From Acidobacteriota bacterium (lineage in GTDB: Bacteria > Acidobacteriota > UBA890 > WLXD01), in the NCBI GenBank assembly GCA_963666055.2, contig CAXWPH010000015.1, forward strand, positions 352,001-416,000: a stretch of DNA of 64,000 bases, read 5' to 3'. Made by a program: the position numbers and the translations under genes. Positions 1-10,537 of the stretch are shown here, piece after piece. The notes below the pieces were generated by a model, which was not told the DNA's origin, made no database searches, and saw only the letters and a list, made by a program, of their open reading frames with translations. The stretch's first letter is position 1. Every line of letters starts with the position of its first letter.

Positions 1-140
1 CACTTGGAGGCCATCTTGGCTGGCCACGCCCCATTCCCGTAGCACCATTTTTTTGACTCGGACTTCGATATGGTCTTAGGGCATTTCGCAACGTTGCCAC
101 CGTGACCAGCACCCTCATGGGCGAATGGAGTCTGAGCTCG

Positions 141-1146
141 ATGATCACCACCACACAAACCCACGTCTGCCTGATTCTGATCCTTGGTCTGGCGATCTTC
201 GGTTGTGTGCGAACCACCACCCGGGTGAGCCCCGACCCGATCGACGCCGAGACGCCTCGCAAACCTGAGCCGCCACCGCGCCGAGGACCGCGCGCCCACC
301 TGGTCGACGCTGGGGCAAATGTTGCTCTTCGAGTCGGACCGCGCCGGCAACCGCGACATCTGGTCGATGGCTCCGGACGGCTCCTCCGTCTTGGCAATGA
401 CCGATAACGCCGGCGACGACATGTACGCGGCCTGGTCGCCAGGCGGTGGACGGTTCGTGTTCCAGAGCACCTGGGACGGTGTCGCCGGTCTATGGATCAT
501 GGAGATCGGCACGCAGCAGGTAACGCTGCTGCTCGAGGACGACAGCGCCGAGCTGACGCCCGACTGGTCGCCGGATCTGCGGTGGATCGCCTTCACGTCG
601 GAGCGCTCCGGCAACCCCGACCTGTGGGCGGTCGCGGCCCCGGCATCCGGCTCGAGTACCGGCTCCGCGCCGCCGCCGCGACAGCTCACCGACAACCCCT
701 ACCGCGATGTTTGGCCGCGCTGGTCGCCCGACGGCGCCTCCCTCCTCTTCTTCTCGCGTCGCGACACCGCCGGGGAGCGCGACGAGCTCTACCTCATGCG
801 CTGGAGCGACGGCTCGGTGCGGCGCTTGACGGTCAACCCATCACACCACGACTTCGGGCCCTCCTGGTCACCGGACGGAGAGCACGTCGTCGCCGCCGTG
901 TCGGACTCCGCAAACGACCGCGCCCTGGTGATCTACGACCTCGGTGGCAACCCCGTGCATCGATTCGCCGAGGGCTACCATCGTGTGTTCCAGCCGGCCT
1001 GGTCGCCCGACGGCCGCTCGATCGCCTGCGCCGCGCGAATTCGAGATGGGGTGGGCGCGGAGATCTTTGTCGCGACGGTTCCTGAGCTGTCGATCGCTCG
1101 TCGAGCGGACGATGGGCGCAGCCTTGATCCTGAGCCGCCCCGGTAA
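141..1146 (+). CDS. TolB-like PD40 beta-propeller lipoprotein, probably frameshifted near 280-318
   Basis: ORF 319-1146 has repeated PxWSPDG motifs; upstream frame from ATG 141 gives a lipoprotein-like signal (LILILGLAIFGC). Confidence 0.75.
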
Positions 1147-1214
1147 AGAAACGCGGCATCGCAACTGGCGGGAGCCTCCCGGAACAATCATCGGTTCCGT
1201 CTGGTGCGATTTCT

Positions 1215-1277
1215 ACCGACAAATATTTCTGTCGGTCTTGACACCGATCCGGTTGACCGACAAGAATAACTTTCGGT
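1215..1277 (+). promoter_or_regulatory. Two operator palindromes ACCGACA-N8-TGTCGGT around a TTGACA -35 box
   Basis: ACCGACAaatatttcTGTCGGT 1215-1236, TTGACA 1238-1243, ACCGACAagaataacTTTCGGT 1256-1277, upstream of the SRPBCC-HTH operon. Confidence 0.7.
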
Positions 1278-1340
1278 ATCCGCCCACGCTGTTTCGCCTA
1301 CCCGAGGCATCAGCTCAGCCCACCAGTGAGGACCGCGCCG

Positions 1341-2189
1341 ATGACAGAGCAATTCAACGCCCGCCGCTTCGAGATCGCACTGGAACTAGAAGCTTCACGC
1401 GAAGACGTCTGGCACTCCATCGCCACCGGCGACGGGCTGGCCAACTGGTTCCCGGCCAGCGCTGAAGTCGTGCCGGGCGTCGGTGGCCGCATGGTGTGGA
1501 ACTGGGGCGACGCCTACCGCTGGGCCTTGACCATCGATGCCTGGGTCCCGGGCGAGCGCTTCACGGCGCGCTACGAATCGGGTGTCGACGACGAGGGCGG
1601 CGGTAAGGTGCCGCTGTTCGTCCAGTTCGTCCTCGAAGGCGAGGGTGGCCGCACCACGCTGCGCCTCGTCCACTCCGGGTTCGGTCCCGACGCCAGCTTC
1701 GATGAAGAGTACGACGGCATCAGCCAGGGGTGGCCAGTCGAGCTGCAGAGCCTGAAGGTGTACCTGGAGCATCATCAGGGCGTCAGCCGCCAGCTTGCCT
1801 GGGCTCGGACGTCGACGCGCTTGGCACCTGGCGCCGCCATGCAGCATCTGCTTGGCGACGACGGAATCCGACTTCGCCCGGCGGCCAACGAGCTGCACCA
1901 GGGCGCCCACTTTAGAGCGCAGCTAGGTCCAGATACGACACTCGAGTGCGTCGTCGCGAGCTCGCCGACCGCCATCGGTCTCTGCGGCACGGCTGGCGAG
2001 CTCGACCACGCCTTCTTCCATGCACACACCTACCATCATCCTCAGCAAGACACTACCCACGTCTGGCTCTGGCTGGCTCAGTACAGCGCCCCGGCGGAGC
2101 GCGTCGAGCGCTACCAGGCAGCCATGGACGCGACCCTCCGTAGGGCGTTCGCCTCCTCGACATCGATGACCACCGGAGTCCTGGCGTGA
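1341..2189 (+). CDS. SRPBCC/AHSA1-like ligand-binding domain protein
   Basis: ASREDVW..GLANWF..TTLRLVHSGF..GW pattern. Confidence 0.8.
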   Translation: MTEQFNARRFEIALELEASREDVWHSIATGDGLANWFPASAEVVPGVGGRMVWNWGDAYRWALTIDAWVPGERFTARYESGVDDEGGGKVPLFVQFVLEGEGGRTTLRLVHSGFGPDASFDEEYDGISQGWPVELQSLKVYLEHHQGVSRQLAWARTSTRLAPGAAMQHLLGDDGIRLRPAANELHQGAHFRAQLGPDTTLECVVASSPTAIGLCGTAGELDHAFFHAHTYHHPQQDTTHVWLWLAQYSAPAERVERYQAAMDATLRRAFASSTSMTTGVLA

Positions 2190-2863
2190 CGGTTCCTCCG
2201 ACGGCTGGTGATCGTGTCGATGTGGTCGGCGAGACGAGACGCGCCCAGGTGCTCTTGCATCCTACCCGCCTGGCGATACTGGAAGCACTCGAGGTGCCCG
2301 GCTCCGCCAGCAAGCTGGCTACGCGTCTCGAAGCTTCTCGTCAGCGGCTTAACTATCACCTGCGCGAGCTCGAGGCCGCGGGGCTCGTGCAGCTGACCGA
2401 GGAACGCCGGCGTGGCAGTGTCTGCGAGCGCATCTATCGCCGCGTCGGCGATACCTACGCGATCTCCGCGGCGGCCCTCGGCAATCTCGGTACTTGTCCG
2501 GAGCGAGTCGCGGACCACCGATCGTCGGCGTATCAGATCGCCGTGGCCAGCCAGGCAATCGCCGATATCGCCACGCTGCTGGAGGGTGCCGAAGCCGCCG
2601 GCAAGCGCCTTCCCACCCTCACCCTGGATGGCGAGATCGCCTTCGAGTCGCCCGACTCACGTCGAAGGTTCGCCGAGGAGCTCACCGAGGCGGTCGCCGC
2701 GCTCGTGCAGAAGTACCACACCGCGGGAGCCGACGGACGAGTCTACAAGCTATACGTCGGTGCGTACCCGAAGCCCAAGCCCAAGCCCAAGCGCGCCTCG
2801 GCTGACGACAACGTCGACACCTCGGGCATTGCCCCCAACAACAAAGGAATCACCCTTGGCTGA
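2186..2863 (+). CDS. ArsR-like winged-helix transcriptional regulator
   Basis: LHPTRLAILEAL..SASKLA..LNYHLRELEAAGLV; GTGA overlap with upstream gene. Confidence 0.85.
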   Translation: MTVPPTAGDRVDVVGETRRAQVLLHPTRLAILEALEVPGSASKLATRLEASRQRLNYHLRELEAAGLVQLTEERRRGSVCERIYRRVGDTYAISAAALGNLGTCPERVADHRSSAYQIAVASQAIADIATLLEGAEAAGKRLPTLTLDGEIAFESPDSRRRFAEELTEAVAALVQKYHTAGADGRVYKLYVGAYPKPKPKPKRASADDNVDTSGIAPNNKGITLG

Positions 2864-3278
2864 CATCCTTCACGACTTCAAGGTCCAGGCGTCTCCCGAG
2901 CGCGTGTTCGCGGCCATCAGCACCCCGACCGGGCTCGACCAGTGGTGGACAAAAACCTGTGTCGGCGAGCCGAGCCTGGGGGCCGCGTACGAGCTCGGAT
3001 TCGGGTCCGGCTACAGCTGGCGCGCCAAGGTGACCTGCTGCGAGCCCGGCTCCGAGTTCGAGCTCGAGCTAGTCGACGCGCAGGAGGATTGGCTCGGCAC
3101 CCGTGTCGGGTTCGCTCTTACCGCCGACGGCGACGCCACCGCCGTGCGCTTCCACCACACCGGCTGGCCGCAGGCGAACGCTCACTACCGGGGATCCAAC
3201 TACTGCTGGGCCATGTACCTGCGGATCATGGGGCGGGCGATCGAGCACGGCGAGAGCGTTCCCTACGAGCAGCGTTAG
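2856..3278 (+). CDS. SRPBCC/AHSA1 domain protein
   Basis: TTG start after AAGGA; ASPERVFAAISTPTGLDQWWT..FHHTGW..CWAMYL. Confidence 0.85.
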   Translation: MADILHDFKVQASPERVFAAISTPTGLDQWWTKTCVGEPSLGAAYELGFGSGYSWRAKVTCCEPGSEFELELVDAQEDWLGTRVGFALTADGDATAVRFHHTGWPQANAHYRGSNYCWAMYLRIMGRAIEHGESVPYEQR

Positions 3279-4807
3279 CCGGGGCCTCTCGCTGGCGCCG
3301 TGTAGGTGCGACCAAAACGATCGGTGACCTCCACCATGACGTCGGTGGCACGCTCGGACACCTGTGCATAGAACAGGTGCCCCGTCGGTCGCGGCTCCAC
3401 CCATGGCTGACGGGAAGGCAGGTCCTCGCCGGTGTGTAACTCGACGCTCAGCGGGTCGAATCCGACCCGCCGGGCCATCTCTCCCCGCCGCACGCCGCCC
3501 TCGTACAGCAGTACGGTCCATTCCGGATCCCAATCCCACACGTTTGCCACCACCTCGTCAGGGGTAAGCGGGTCGCTGCTGCGCGGGTAGACACGCAGCT
3601 GGTGATCGAACCCCATCCCGGTCGACTTGTATCGCCAGGTAACCTCCTCGCCGGCGATCTCGTAGACCGAGTAGCCCGACGGCGTACCATCCCAGCAGAT
3701 CGGCCCACTCCACCAGGCGCCGCAGACCGTGCCGCTGACGTGCTCATGGGTCCCTTGCTCGAAGACGTGCTCGTTCTCGTGCGTATGCCCGGTGAGGATG
3801 TGCGCGACGTACGGCTCGAGCAGCCGGTAAAGCTCGTCGCGGTTGGCGATCGCCGCTGACAGGGTCGGGCTCGACTGCCCGCTACGGGCATGGACGCTCC
3901 CCAACGCCGGGATGTGCGTCGCCACGATCACCGTGCGACCGGGCGCAACCAGGGCCAGATCGTTGCGCAACCAGGTGAGCGCCTCCTCGGTCAGATAGGC
4001 GATATATCCCTCGCCGTGCCAGAACACATCGTCGAGGACGGCGTAGTGGACGGCGCCACGGTTGAACGAGTACCGGCTGGGGCCGAAGTGCCCGCGGAAG
4101 GTCGCCGTGGAGGCCGCGTCCGTACCGGCCTGGTCAACATCATGGTTGCCGACGACCTGGAAGAACGGAACACCCATGAGCGACACGGCGCGCTCGTACT
4201 CAGGATAGAGCGCCAGGTTGTCGTACATAATGTCGCCATCGGCGATGCCGACGACCTCGCGCTCGCCGAGGCCCCGCAGGGTGTGCTGCACATCGGGGAT
4301 CGTCTGCGTGTAAAACCACCGCATCTCCTCAGGGGTTTTCGTCTGCGGGTCGGCAAGCAGCAGCAGCGCGTGCTCCTCGTCGGAGACATCGAGCCTCTGA
4401 AGCTCGAACACCGTCTGCTGTGTCGAACGTTGCGGATCGATGGCCGCATAGTGGCGCGCCGTGCCGGTCGGATTGGTCGGGACCCGAAATCCCGCCGGCG
4501 TGGTGATGTAAACGAACTCTCGATCCGAGGAGGTCACCAGCTCGAACGTTCCGTCGGAGGCAGTCGCGACCACCTGCAGCCCGTCGCTCACGCCGACCCC
4601 AGCGATTCCGCCGTCGCCGGTCCGTACCTGACCGCGGACTCGGATCGGCGCCCCCGCCATCGGTGCCGTTGGCAACGGCGCAAACGGATCGGCGATCAGA
4701 CGCTCGGCGAGCAACGATCCGGCGACGGCGCCAAGGCCGGAGCGCAGAAACCGACGTCGGTCGAGCACGGGGCCGGCGACACCCGCCGAGTACCGACTAT
4801 CCATCAT
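3275..4807 (-). CDS. Tat-exported calcineurin-like metallophosphoesterase
   Basis: DRRRFLR Tat motif; ADPQ, GD, GNHD, HIP, GHTH metal motifs. Confidence 0.85.
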   Translation of the reverse strand: MMDSRYSAGVAGPVLDRRRFLRSGLGAVAGSLLAERLIADPFAPLPTAPMAGAPIRVRGQVRTGDGGIAGVGVSDGLQVVATASDGTFELVTSSDREFVYITTPAGFRVPTNPTGTARHYAAIDPQRSTQQTVFELQRLDVSDEEHALLLLADPQTKTPEEMRWFYTQTIPDVQHTLRGLGEREVVGIADGDIMYDNLALYPEYERAVSLMGVPFFQVVGNHDVDQAGTDAASTATFRGHFGPSRYSFNRGAVHYAVLDDVFWHGEGYIAYLTEEALTWLRNDLALVAPGRTVIVATHIPALGSVHARSGQSSPTLSAAIANRDELYRLLEPYVAHILTGHTHENEHVFEQGTHEHVSGTVCGAWWSGPICWDGTPSGYSVYEIAGEEVTWRYKSTGMGFDHQLRVYPRSSDPLTPDEVVANVWDWDPEWTVLLYEGGVRRGEMARRVGFDPLSVELHTGEDLPSRQPWVEPRPTGHLFYAQVSERATDVMVEVTDRFGRTYTAPARGPG

Positions 4808-4879
4808 TCCCCTCGACGCGAGGCTTGGCGCAGCCACGCGGGCATCGGCGATGCGCGCGGTGAACGCCGTACGCTTTCG

Positions 4880-5563
4880 TCAGGCCATCGACATGGTGCG
4901 CTGTCCCATGGCCGCGTCGTAGGCCATCAACGCGCGCAGCCATTCACGGGTTCGCGGTCGATCGTCGCTAAGCTTCAGGTTGTCGTAGAAGAACTGGCCG
5001 ATGGGGTGCCCTGCCGCCATCTCGGCGCTCATGTCCGCCAGATACAGCGGCGCGGCGCAGACGATATCGGCGACGGTGAGGCTGTCACCCACCAGAAACT
5101 TGTCGGCTCCCACCTTCTGCTCGATGTCGGCGGTGCGCTCGGTGATCATCTCGTTGGCACGAGCGATGACACTGGCGTCGGGCGTCGGCGAGAGAGCCTC
5201 ACCGAAGGCCATGCCAATGGGTTCGCCGATCTGCGTCTTGGCAAACCCCTCCCACGTCTCGATCTCACCGAAGGTCGCGTAGTCGTCGCTGAAGATCGCT
5301 GGCGTGTCGCGAAAGTTCGCTTCGATATAGCGCAAGATCGAGCCCGAATCGAAGATCACGGTCTCGCCGTGCTCCAGGATCGGCATGCGCGGCTGCCCTG
5401 ACAGCTTAACGGCCGCCGCCCGATCGCCCGGATAGTTGTCCAGCTCGACCGGCAGGCGCTCGTAGTCGAGGCCCTTGTAACCGAGGGCGATACGGATCTT
5501 GACGCTGTTGGGCGAGCCGGTGAGCTCGTGCAACTTGAGCGTGGCGCTCATGGATTCCTCCAT
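4880..5563 (-). CDS. Glutathione S-transferase family protein
   Basis: SPNSVKIRIAL..P.L...IFDSGSILRYIE..FLVGDSLTVADI. Confidence 0.85.
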   Translation of the reverse strand: MEESMSATLKLHELTGSPNSVKIRIALGYKGLDYERLPVELDNYPGDRAAAVKLSGQPRMPILEHGETVIFDSGSILRYIEANFRDTPAIFSDDYATFGEIETWEGFAKTQIGEPIGMAFGEALSPTPDASVIARANEMITERTADIEQKVGADKFLVGDSLTVADIVCAAPLYLADMSAEMAAGHPIGQFFYDNLKLSDDRPRTREWLRALMAYDAAMGQRTMSMA

Positions 5564-5853
5564 CGTGATCGGGGTGGCAATTTCGTTCGGGTCGCTTCAG
5601 CACGACCCCTTCTACCCTATGACGTTTGATCGATGACCATTGGGACCTCGCGTGGGTTTTGGTGGGGTCTTTGTTCGTTCTAGCGGCGACCAGTGGGCGT
5701 CGAAGAAGCAAGCTCGGCCAGCAGGCAGTCCGCAGCGCGGCCACGGGGCGTTGCCTCGCTCTTCTTGCAAGCGTAGGCTGCGAGCACACGAGGGATAGGC
5801 TCGCAGCGATCGAGCCAGTCCCCCTGGTGCTGACCAGTGGGAGTCTCCCGACA

Positions 5854-6335
5854 GTGAAAGGCGAAGCGAACGGCGACGATGGCGCGGCGGTGCGGATTCC
5901 GCCACCGCTCATCTACCTGGCGGCGATCATCGTTGCGGGCCTGCTGCACGCCTACGTGTGGCCCATGCCGCTGTTGCTCGAGTTCGGTCCGCGACTGGCG
6001 GTATCGCTGACCTTCGTGATGCTGGGCATCGTGCTGATGGCGGGCGCCATCGGCCTGTTCAAGCGCACCGGCCAGGACCCCAAGCCCTGGAAGTCGACAC
6101 CAGAGATCATCTCCACCGGCGTCTACCACTTCACCCGCAACCCCATGTACCTGGGCCTGGCACTACTGCAGATTGGCATCGGCGCCGGAATGGAGAACGG
6201 GTGGATCGTGGGTTTGTGCCGCCGGTGCTGCTGGCCGTCTATCGGACGGCGATCCGGCACGAGGAGACCTATCTAGAAGGCAAGTTCGGGAACGCGTACC
6301 TGGAGTACAAGCGCTCGGTCCGCCGCTGGCTCTAG
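5854..6335 (+). CDS. Isoprenylcysteine carboxyl methyltransferase/PEMT family membrane protein, frameshift near 6213
   Basis: TGVYHFTRNPMYLG in one frame and IRHEETYLEGKFGNAYLEYKRSVRRWL in another. Confidence 0.8.
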
Positions 6336-6363
6336 CAGGCAAGTTGAGCTGCTCAGCAGCCCT

Positions 6364-7152
6364 TCAGCTGGCGATCCCGTGCTCCTCGAGAAAGCGAAGC
6401 ACGGCGGCCCAGGGGCGCGGGCAGTCATTGTGTCCGCACGGCATGCGAACGAGCGGTCCTCCCGCTGCACGGGCGAGCGCCTCGCCGTGGGCGTACGGGA
6501 TCACCGAATCTCGTTCACCATGCAGAACCAGGGTCGGAGCCACGCGCGAGGTTGCGACCGCCAGGTTGTCGAAGGGATCGAGCACCAGAGCTCGCGGCAG
6601 AAACCACGGTCCAGCCGCGGCTACGCTGGTGAACGTCGACTCCAGCACCAGCGCTGCAACTGGCCGCACGGCGCCGAGCGCACAGGCAGCGCCGCCGCCC
6701 AGAGAACGCCCGTAGGCGACGATTCGGTCGTCGTCGACATCCGGGTGCTGATAGAGAAAATCGAAGGCTGCGACCATCGTGTCGGTGATCGACTCCTGGG
6801 TCGGCCGGCCTCCCGACCGGCCGTAGCTCGGGTACTCCACCAGCAGCACACCGAGCCCAGCCTCGGTGAGGCGCCCGACCGGCGCCAGCCAGTCGTCGAT
6901 GAGTTCGCCGTTGCCGTGCGAGAAGATGACAACCGGGAACGGTGTCGAGGTTGGGGCGGGCCGCAAGAGCCACGCTTCGACCTCCGCCGCATCCCCGAGC
7001 CAGGCGGGCTCCGCGCCAACTGGCAGCGCAGGTGCGGGCCCCGGATGAGGTGGACGCGGATACATCACGCCTCGCTGCACGCCCAAGATCACGCCGACGT
7101 AGGCGAGGCCGAGCAGCGCAATAACGGCCGCGCTAGCCAACGATCTCTGCAA
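6364..7152 (-). CDS. Alpha/beta hydrolase (ABHD13/17-like)
   Basis: HGNGE, GRSLGG, HGERD and GHND triad motifs; N-terminal TM segment. Confidence 0.85.
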   Translation of the reverse strand: MQRSLASAAVIALLGLAYVGVILGVQRGVMYPRPPHPGPAPALPVGAEPAWLGDAAEVEAWLLRPAPTSTPFPVVIFSHGNGELIDDWLAPVGRLTEAGLGVLLVEYPSYGRSGGRPTQESITDTMVAAFDFLYQHPDVDDDRIVAYGRSLGGGAACALGAVRPVAALVLESTFTSVAAAGPWFLPRALVLDPFDNLAVATSRVAPTLVLHGERDSVIPYAHGEALARAAGGPLVRMPCGHNDCPRPWAAVLRFLEEHGIAS

Positions 7153-8044
7153 CTCGCAACACCCTAGCGGAGCGTCTCACGAGCCGGTCGGCCGCTCTCT
7201 TCAAGCTCTGCACGGCATCCCAAGCGGCACGCTGCAGCAGGTTCGCGTCGGCCGCCGAGAGGGCACTGATGTCGCTTGCGGCACCTTCCCGCGACTGGCC
7301 GAAGCGCGTGCTGAGCCGCAATGCGGGCAGTCCTTCCGGCGACCGGCCCAACAACGTCGCGTAGAAGACACAGGCCGCGACATAGGTCCCGCTCGGTGAC
7401 GGGTGGCTTTGGTCCTCGTGGTGCAGCGCCAGGGTCGGCCGCCCTTGAATCGCCAGGGCCCAGGCGATACCGACCGGCGACACCATCGCACCGAGCTCGT
7501 CGGCGATGCTCATGTAGGCGTCGGTCAACGCCTGTTGCGTCTCCGGAAGATGCTGTCGTGCCCAGGTGAGATAAAACACTGTCTGGGCACCAGATTTCCT
7601 GATCTCCCCGTCCAGGAGTCTCGCGTACTTGAAGAACTGCTCGCGATCGGTGATCGGGCGGGTGCTCTGCTCCTGCAGCACGACGTGGCTCCAGCCGCCC
7701 TGGCGGATGACTTCGATGGCGTCACCCTCCAACCAATGACGCTCGAGGGTCGCCCCACCGACCGTCACCTTCATCACCTCCACGGCAGGAGCATCCGGGA
7801 CCGACGCCGCCAGACGCCGGGTCAGCAGCGGTAAATCGTTCACGTAGGTGTAGCTGTTGCCGATGAACAGCACATGCAGACCGGCTTGCGGCGTCGACGT
7901 AGGCGCTGCGACTGCGTCCGCGGCGGTCGCGCTCGCCGCCAATCCGCAGACGGATAGCGCGACCGACACGGCCAGGATGGCCCCGGCGTGCGGCTTGACG
8001 CGCGTCCCTGTTCTGCCGTTTCCAGTCGTCACGAACCCGAGCAT
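7133..8044 (-). CDS. Exported SGNH/GDSL-type hydrolase
   Basis: VLFIGNSYT block I, VVLQEQS, DQSHP block V; start uncertain. Confidence 0.75.
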   Translation of the reverse strand: MLGFVTTGNGRTGTRVKPHAGAILAVSVALSVCGLAASATAADAVAAPTSTPQAGLHVLFIGNSYTYVNDLPLLTRRLAASVPDAPAVEVMKVTVGGATLERHWLEGDAIEVIRQGGWSHVVLQEQSTRPITDREQFFKYARLLDGEIRKSGAQTVFYLTWARQHLPETQQALTDAYMSIADELGAMVSPVGIAWALAIQGRPTLALHHEDQSHPSPSGTYVAACVFYATLLGRSPEGLPALRLSTRFGQSREGAASDISALSAADANLLQRAAWDAVQSLKRAADRLVRRSARVLRVAEIVG

Positions 8045-8045
8045 C

Positions 8046-8834
8046 CTACGTCCCGCCCCGCGGCAGGAAGAGCTCCACCTCAAAACCCTCGGCATAACTG
8101 GCGTCGATTCGTAGCCCCGCGGCAATCCTGGCGTTGAGCTCGAGGATCCGGTCATCGAGGCCGCTGCCGCGCTGCTTCAGGTTCCGTACCTGCTGCGACC
8201 GGTGGAACCGCAGCATCTGCCGCTTCCATTGCGAGTCGCTCTCGTCGAACGGGAGATACGCGTCAACTCGCATATCGATGGTCTTCGGATCGCGCTGGTA
8301 CAACGCCAGCACGTGTTTCGAGGCAGTCCGCGCCATCTCGCGGAACGTCGCGAACGTGCGACGGTGCCCCGCGTTGATGTCGTCACCATGGGGGAGCATC
8401 ACGATGTCGGGCTCGATTCCGTGAAACAGCGCCGCCAGGGCGTCGCGCGCGTCAGTGTCCAGGCGCAGCTCTCCGTCATCGCTGACCGGGAGACGTAGGA
8501 AGACGACGTTGTCCGGGGGGAGCCCGAAGAAACGCAGTGCTTCAGCCTGCTCGGTCTCGCGAACGTCGATCTTCCGACGGTCGGTCGCGGGCGTCACGAA
8601 CGAATCCAACACGCCGGACGCGCCACCTGTAAGTACCGCCACGGTGATGTCGGCGGCCGCCTCGAAGAAGTACCTCATGGTAACCGCAACCTCGTCGAAG
8701 TCGTCGGGGTGCGGTGCCAGCACGAGCAGACGGAGCGCCGGCGGCGGGCTCAGCTCAGCCAGTGAGTGGGGACCTTCAGCTGCCTCCCCAAGTTGGAGAA
8801 GAAACTCGGTGCACGCCGTTACAGTCGAGGTCAC
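8046..8834 (-). CDS. PIG-L/LmbE family deacetylase
   Basis: LVLAPHPDD motif; R..E..EAL; FHRSQ. Confidence 0.75.
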   Translation of the reverse strand: MTSTVTACTEFLLQLGEAAEGPHSLAELSPPPALRLLVLAPHPDDFDEVAVTMRYFFEAAADITVAVLTGGASGVLDSFVTPATDRRKIDVRETEQAEALRFFGLPPDNVVFLRLPVSDDGELRLDTDARDALAALFHGIEPDIVMLPHGDDINAGHRRTFATFREMARTASKHVLALYQRDPKTIDMRVDAYLPFDESDSQWKRQMLRFHRSQQVRNLKQRGSGLDDRILELNARIAAGLRIDASYAEGFEVELFLPRGGT

Positions 8835-9613
8835 GCTGCCCAGTGTTGATCGCGCACGAACAGCAATCGATCATCGTCCGACATGTCCGGCCGGAAACCA
8901 TAGCCCTCTTCAGCGAAATCCTTGAGACCGTCGAGTCTGTCCACCCGATTCTTGACGACGAACCGCGCCATCAACCCACGAGCACGTTTGGCGGAAAAGC
9001 TGATCGTCTTCGGCTGGCCGTCACGGATCTCTTTGAACAGGGCCGTAACCAAGGGCGGCTTCAGCTCACCAGAGCGGACGCCTTTGAAGTACTCGTTCGA
9101 CGCCAGGTTGAGGATCAGCTTGACCGGGCGTTGTTCGTGCTCGGCATTGAGTGCCTCGGTCAAGCGACCGCCCCAGAACTCGTACAGGTTCTTACCGCGC
9201 ACGTTGTCGAGCCGCGTCCCCATCTCCAGACGATACGGCTGGATCAAGTCCAGCGGCCGCAGTAATCCGTAGAAGCCGGACAGAATGCGCAGCCGGCGCT
9301 GCGCCCAGGTGAGATCACGCTTCGACAGGCTCGCCGCGGCCAGCCCACGGTACACGTCGCCGCCGAAGGCCAACAGGCACGGCTTCGAGTTGTCGCGTGT
9401 GAACGGCAGCGTCATGTCGTGGAATCGCTGGCGATTGAGCTCGGCCAGCGGTTGGCTGAGCTTCATCAGCCTGCGCAACTCGGCGACGGTGAGCTTTCGG
9501 CAGCGCTTCAGCAACATCTCGATGTCCCGCTTGAAGCGCGGCTCCGTGGTCGGCAGCCCGTCGGCGCGGAATCCAAAATCCATCGTCTTGGCGGGAGAAA
9601 GCAAGGTCAGCAT
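8831..9613 (-). CDS. yaaA: Peroxide stress protein YaaA (UPF0246)
   Basis: LSPAKTMD, LSGFYGLLRPLDLIQPYRLEMGT, NLASNEY, AKRARGLMARF. Confidence 0.95.
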   Translation of the reverse strand: MLTLLSPAKTMDFGFRADGLPTTEPRFKRDIEMLLKRCRKLTVAELRRLMKLSQPLAELNRQRFHDMTLPFTRDNSKPCLLAFGGDVYRGLAAASLSKRDLTWAQRRLRILSGFYGLLRPLDLIQPYRLEMGTRLDNVRGKNLYEFWGGRLTEALNAEHEQRPVKLILNLASNEYFKGVRSGELKPPLVTALFKEIRDGQPKTISFSAKRARGLMARFVVKNRVDRLDGLKDFAEEGYGFRPDMSDDDRLLFVRDQHWAA

Positions 9614-9805
9614 GGGTCACTCAGGCTCGATCTTCTAGGCAACCAGAAAGCACGGTGCCAGGGCTGTGGGCAGTGGCTAGATTCTACCTCTTGCCGAGGA
9701 AGTTCTCGGCCCCCTGGAAGCACGCTCCGAGTTAACCGAGCAGAGGGCTCCTTTGACACCCGTGCGTTGGCATTCTAGGTTGCCGGCAGCTAACGATCAC
9801 TACGG

Positions 9806-10537
9806 ATGGAGGATGTCATGGCGGGCGAAGACGAGAAGTTGTCGCGACGTGGGTTTCTCGGCGGGACTGCAGCGGCTGCCGTCGGCGGCCAGGCACTTGC
9901 AGCGTCGAGGCAGGACCAGTCGGCAGAAGAGCAAACGCCGCGTCTGGTCTCCTCGGTGACGATCCCGCCACAGTCGGGGCGCGGGGTGTTCCTGGAGCGC
10001 GATCAGTGGATCAAGGTGATCACTCCCGAGGGCACGCAGGTCTCAGATCTGTTCGCCTTCGTACGCCACGCACCGGACGAGTTTCTTTGCCCCCGAACCA
10101 CGATGACGCGTCAACGGCGCCTGTACCCGCAGGTCGGCGAGCCCTTCTACAGCAACAAGCGTCGAGCACTGCTGATGCTCGAGGAAGACACGGTCGGTGT
10201 GCACGATCTCTTCTATCCAGCTTGCGACGAGTACATGTATCGCGACTACTGGGGAGACGAGAATCATCCGAGTTGCCGCGGCAACCTGAACGCCGTGCTG
10301 AAAGAGCTGGGCTTCGAGCCCGGCGGCTACGCCGAGCCCCATAACCTGTTCCAGAACTCTCCAGCGATCGACATCGAAGGGAATCTAGAGATCCGCGAGT
10401 CGCCAGCGAAACCGGGAGACTACGTCTTGCTCAAGGCGCTCGATGACCTGCTGGTGGTTGCCACCTCGTGCTCTGTAGATCGCGGCGTGCTCAACGGCGA
10501 CCGGCCCAAGGAGATCCTCCTCGAGGTCTACGTGTGA
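9806..10537 (+). CDS. DUF1989 (urea carboxylase-associated) protein with Tat signal
   Basis: SRRGFLG; QVSDLFAF, HD..PAC, HPSC..NL, NLFQN, PGDYV, SCS. Confidence 0.8.
   Translation: MEDVMAGEDEKLSRRGFLGGTAAAAVGGQALAASRQDQSAEEQTPRLVSSVTIPPQSGRGVFLERDQWIKVITPEGTQVSDLFAFVRHAPDEFLCPRTTMTRQRRLYPQVGEPFYSNKRRALLMLEEDTVGVHDLFYPACDEYMYRDYWGDENHPSCRGNLNAVLKELGFEPGGYAEPHNLFQNSPAIDIEGNLEIRESPAKPGDYVLLKALDDLLVVATSCSVDRGVLNGDRPKEILLEVYV

Noticed and set aside
30-55. TTCCCGTAGCACCA followed by a T-run resembles a tRNA 3' end or att site
   Set aside because: No TTCGA T-loop or cloverleaf in the available sequence
9768-9785. TGGCATTCTAGGTTGC as a sigma-54 promoter
   Set aside because: Spacing is GG-N11-GC, not the required N10
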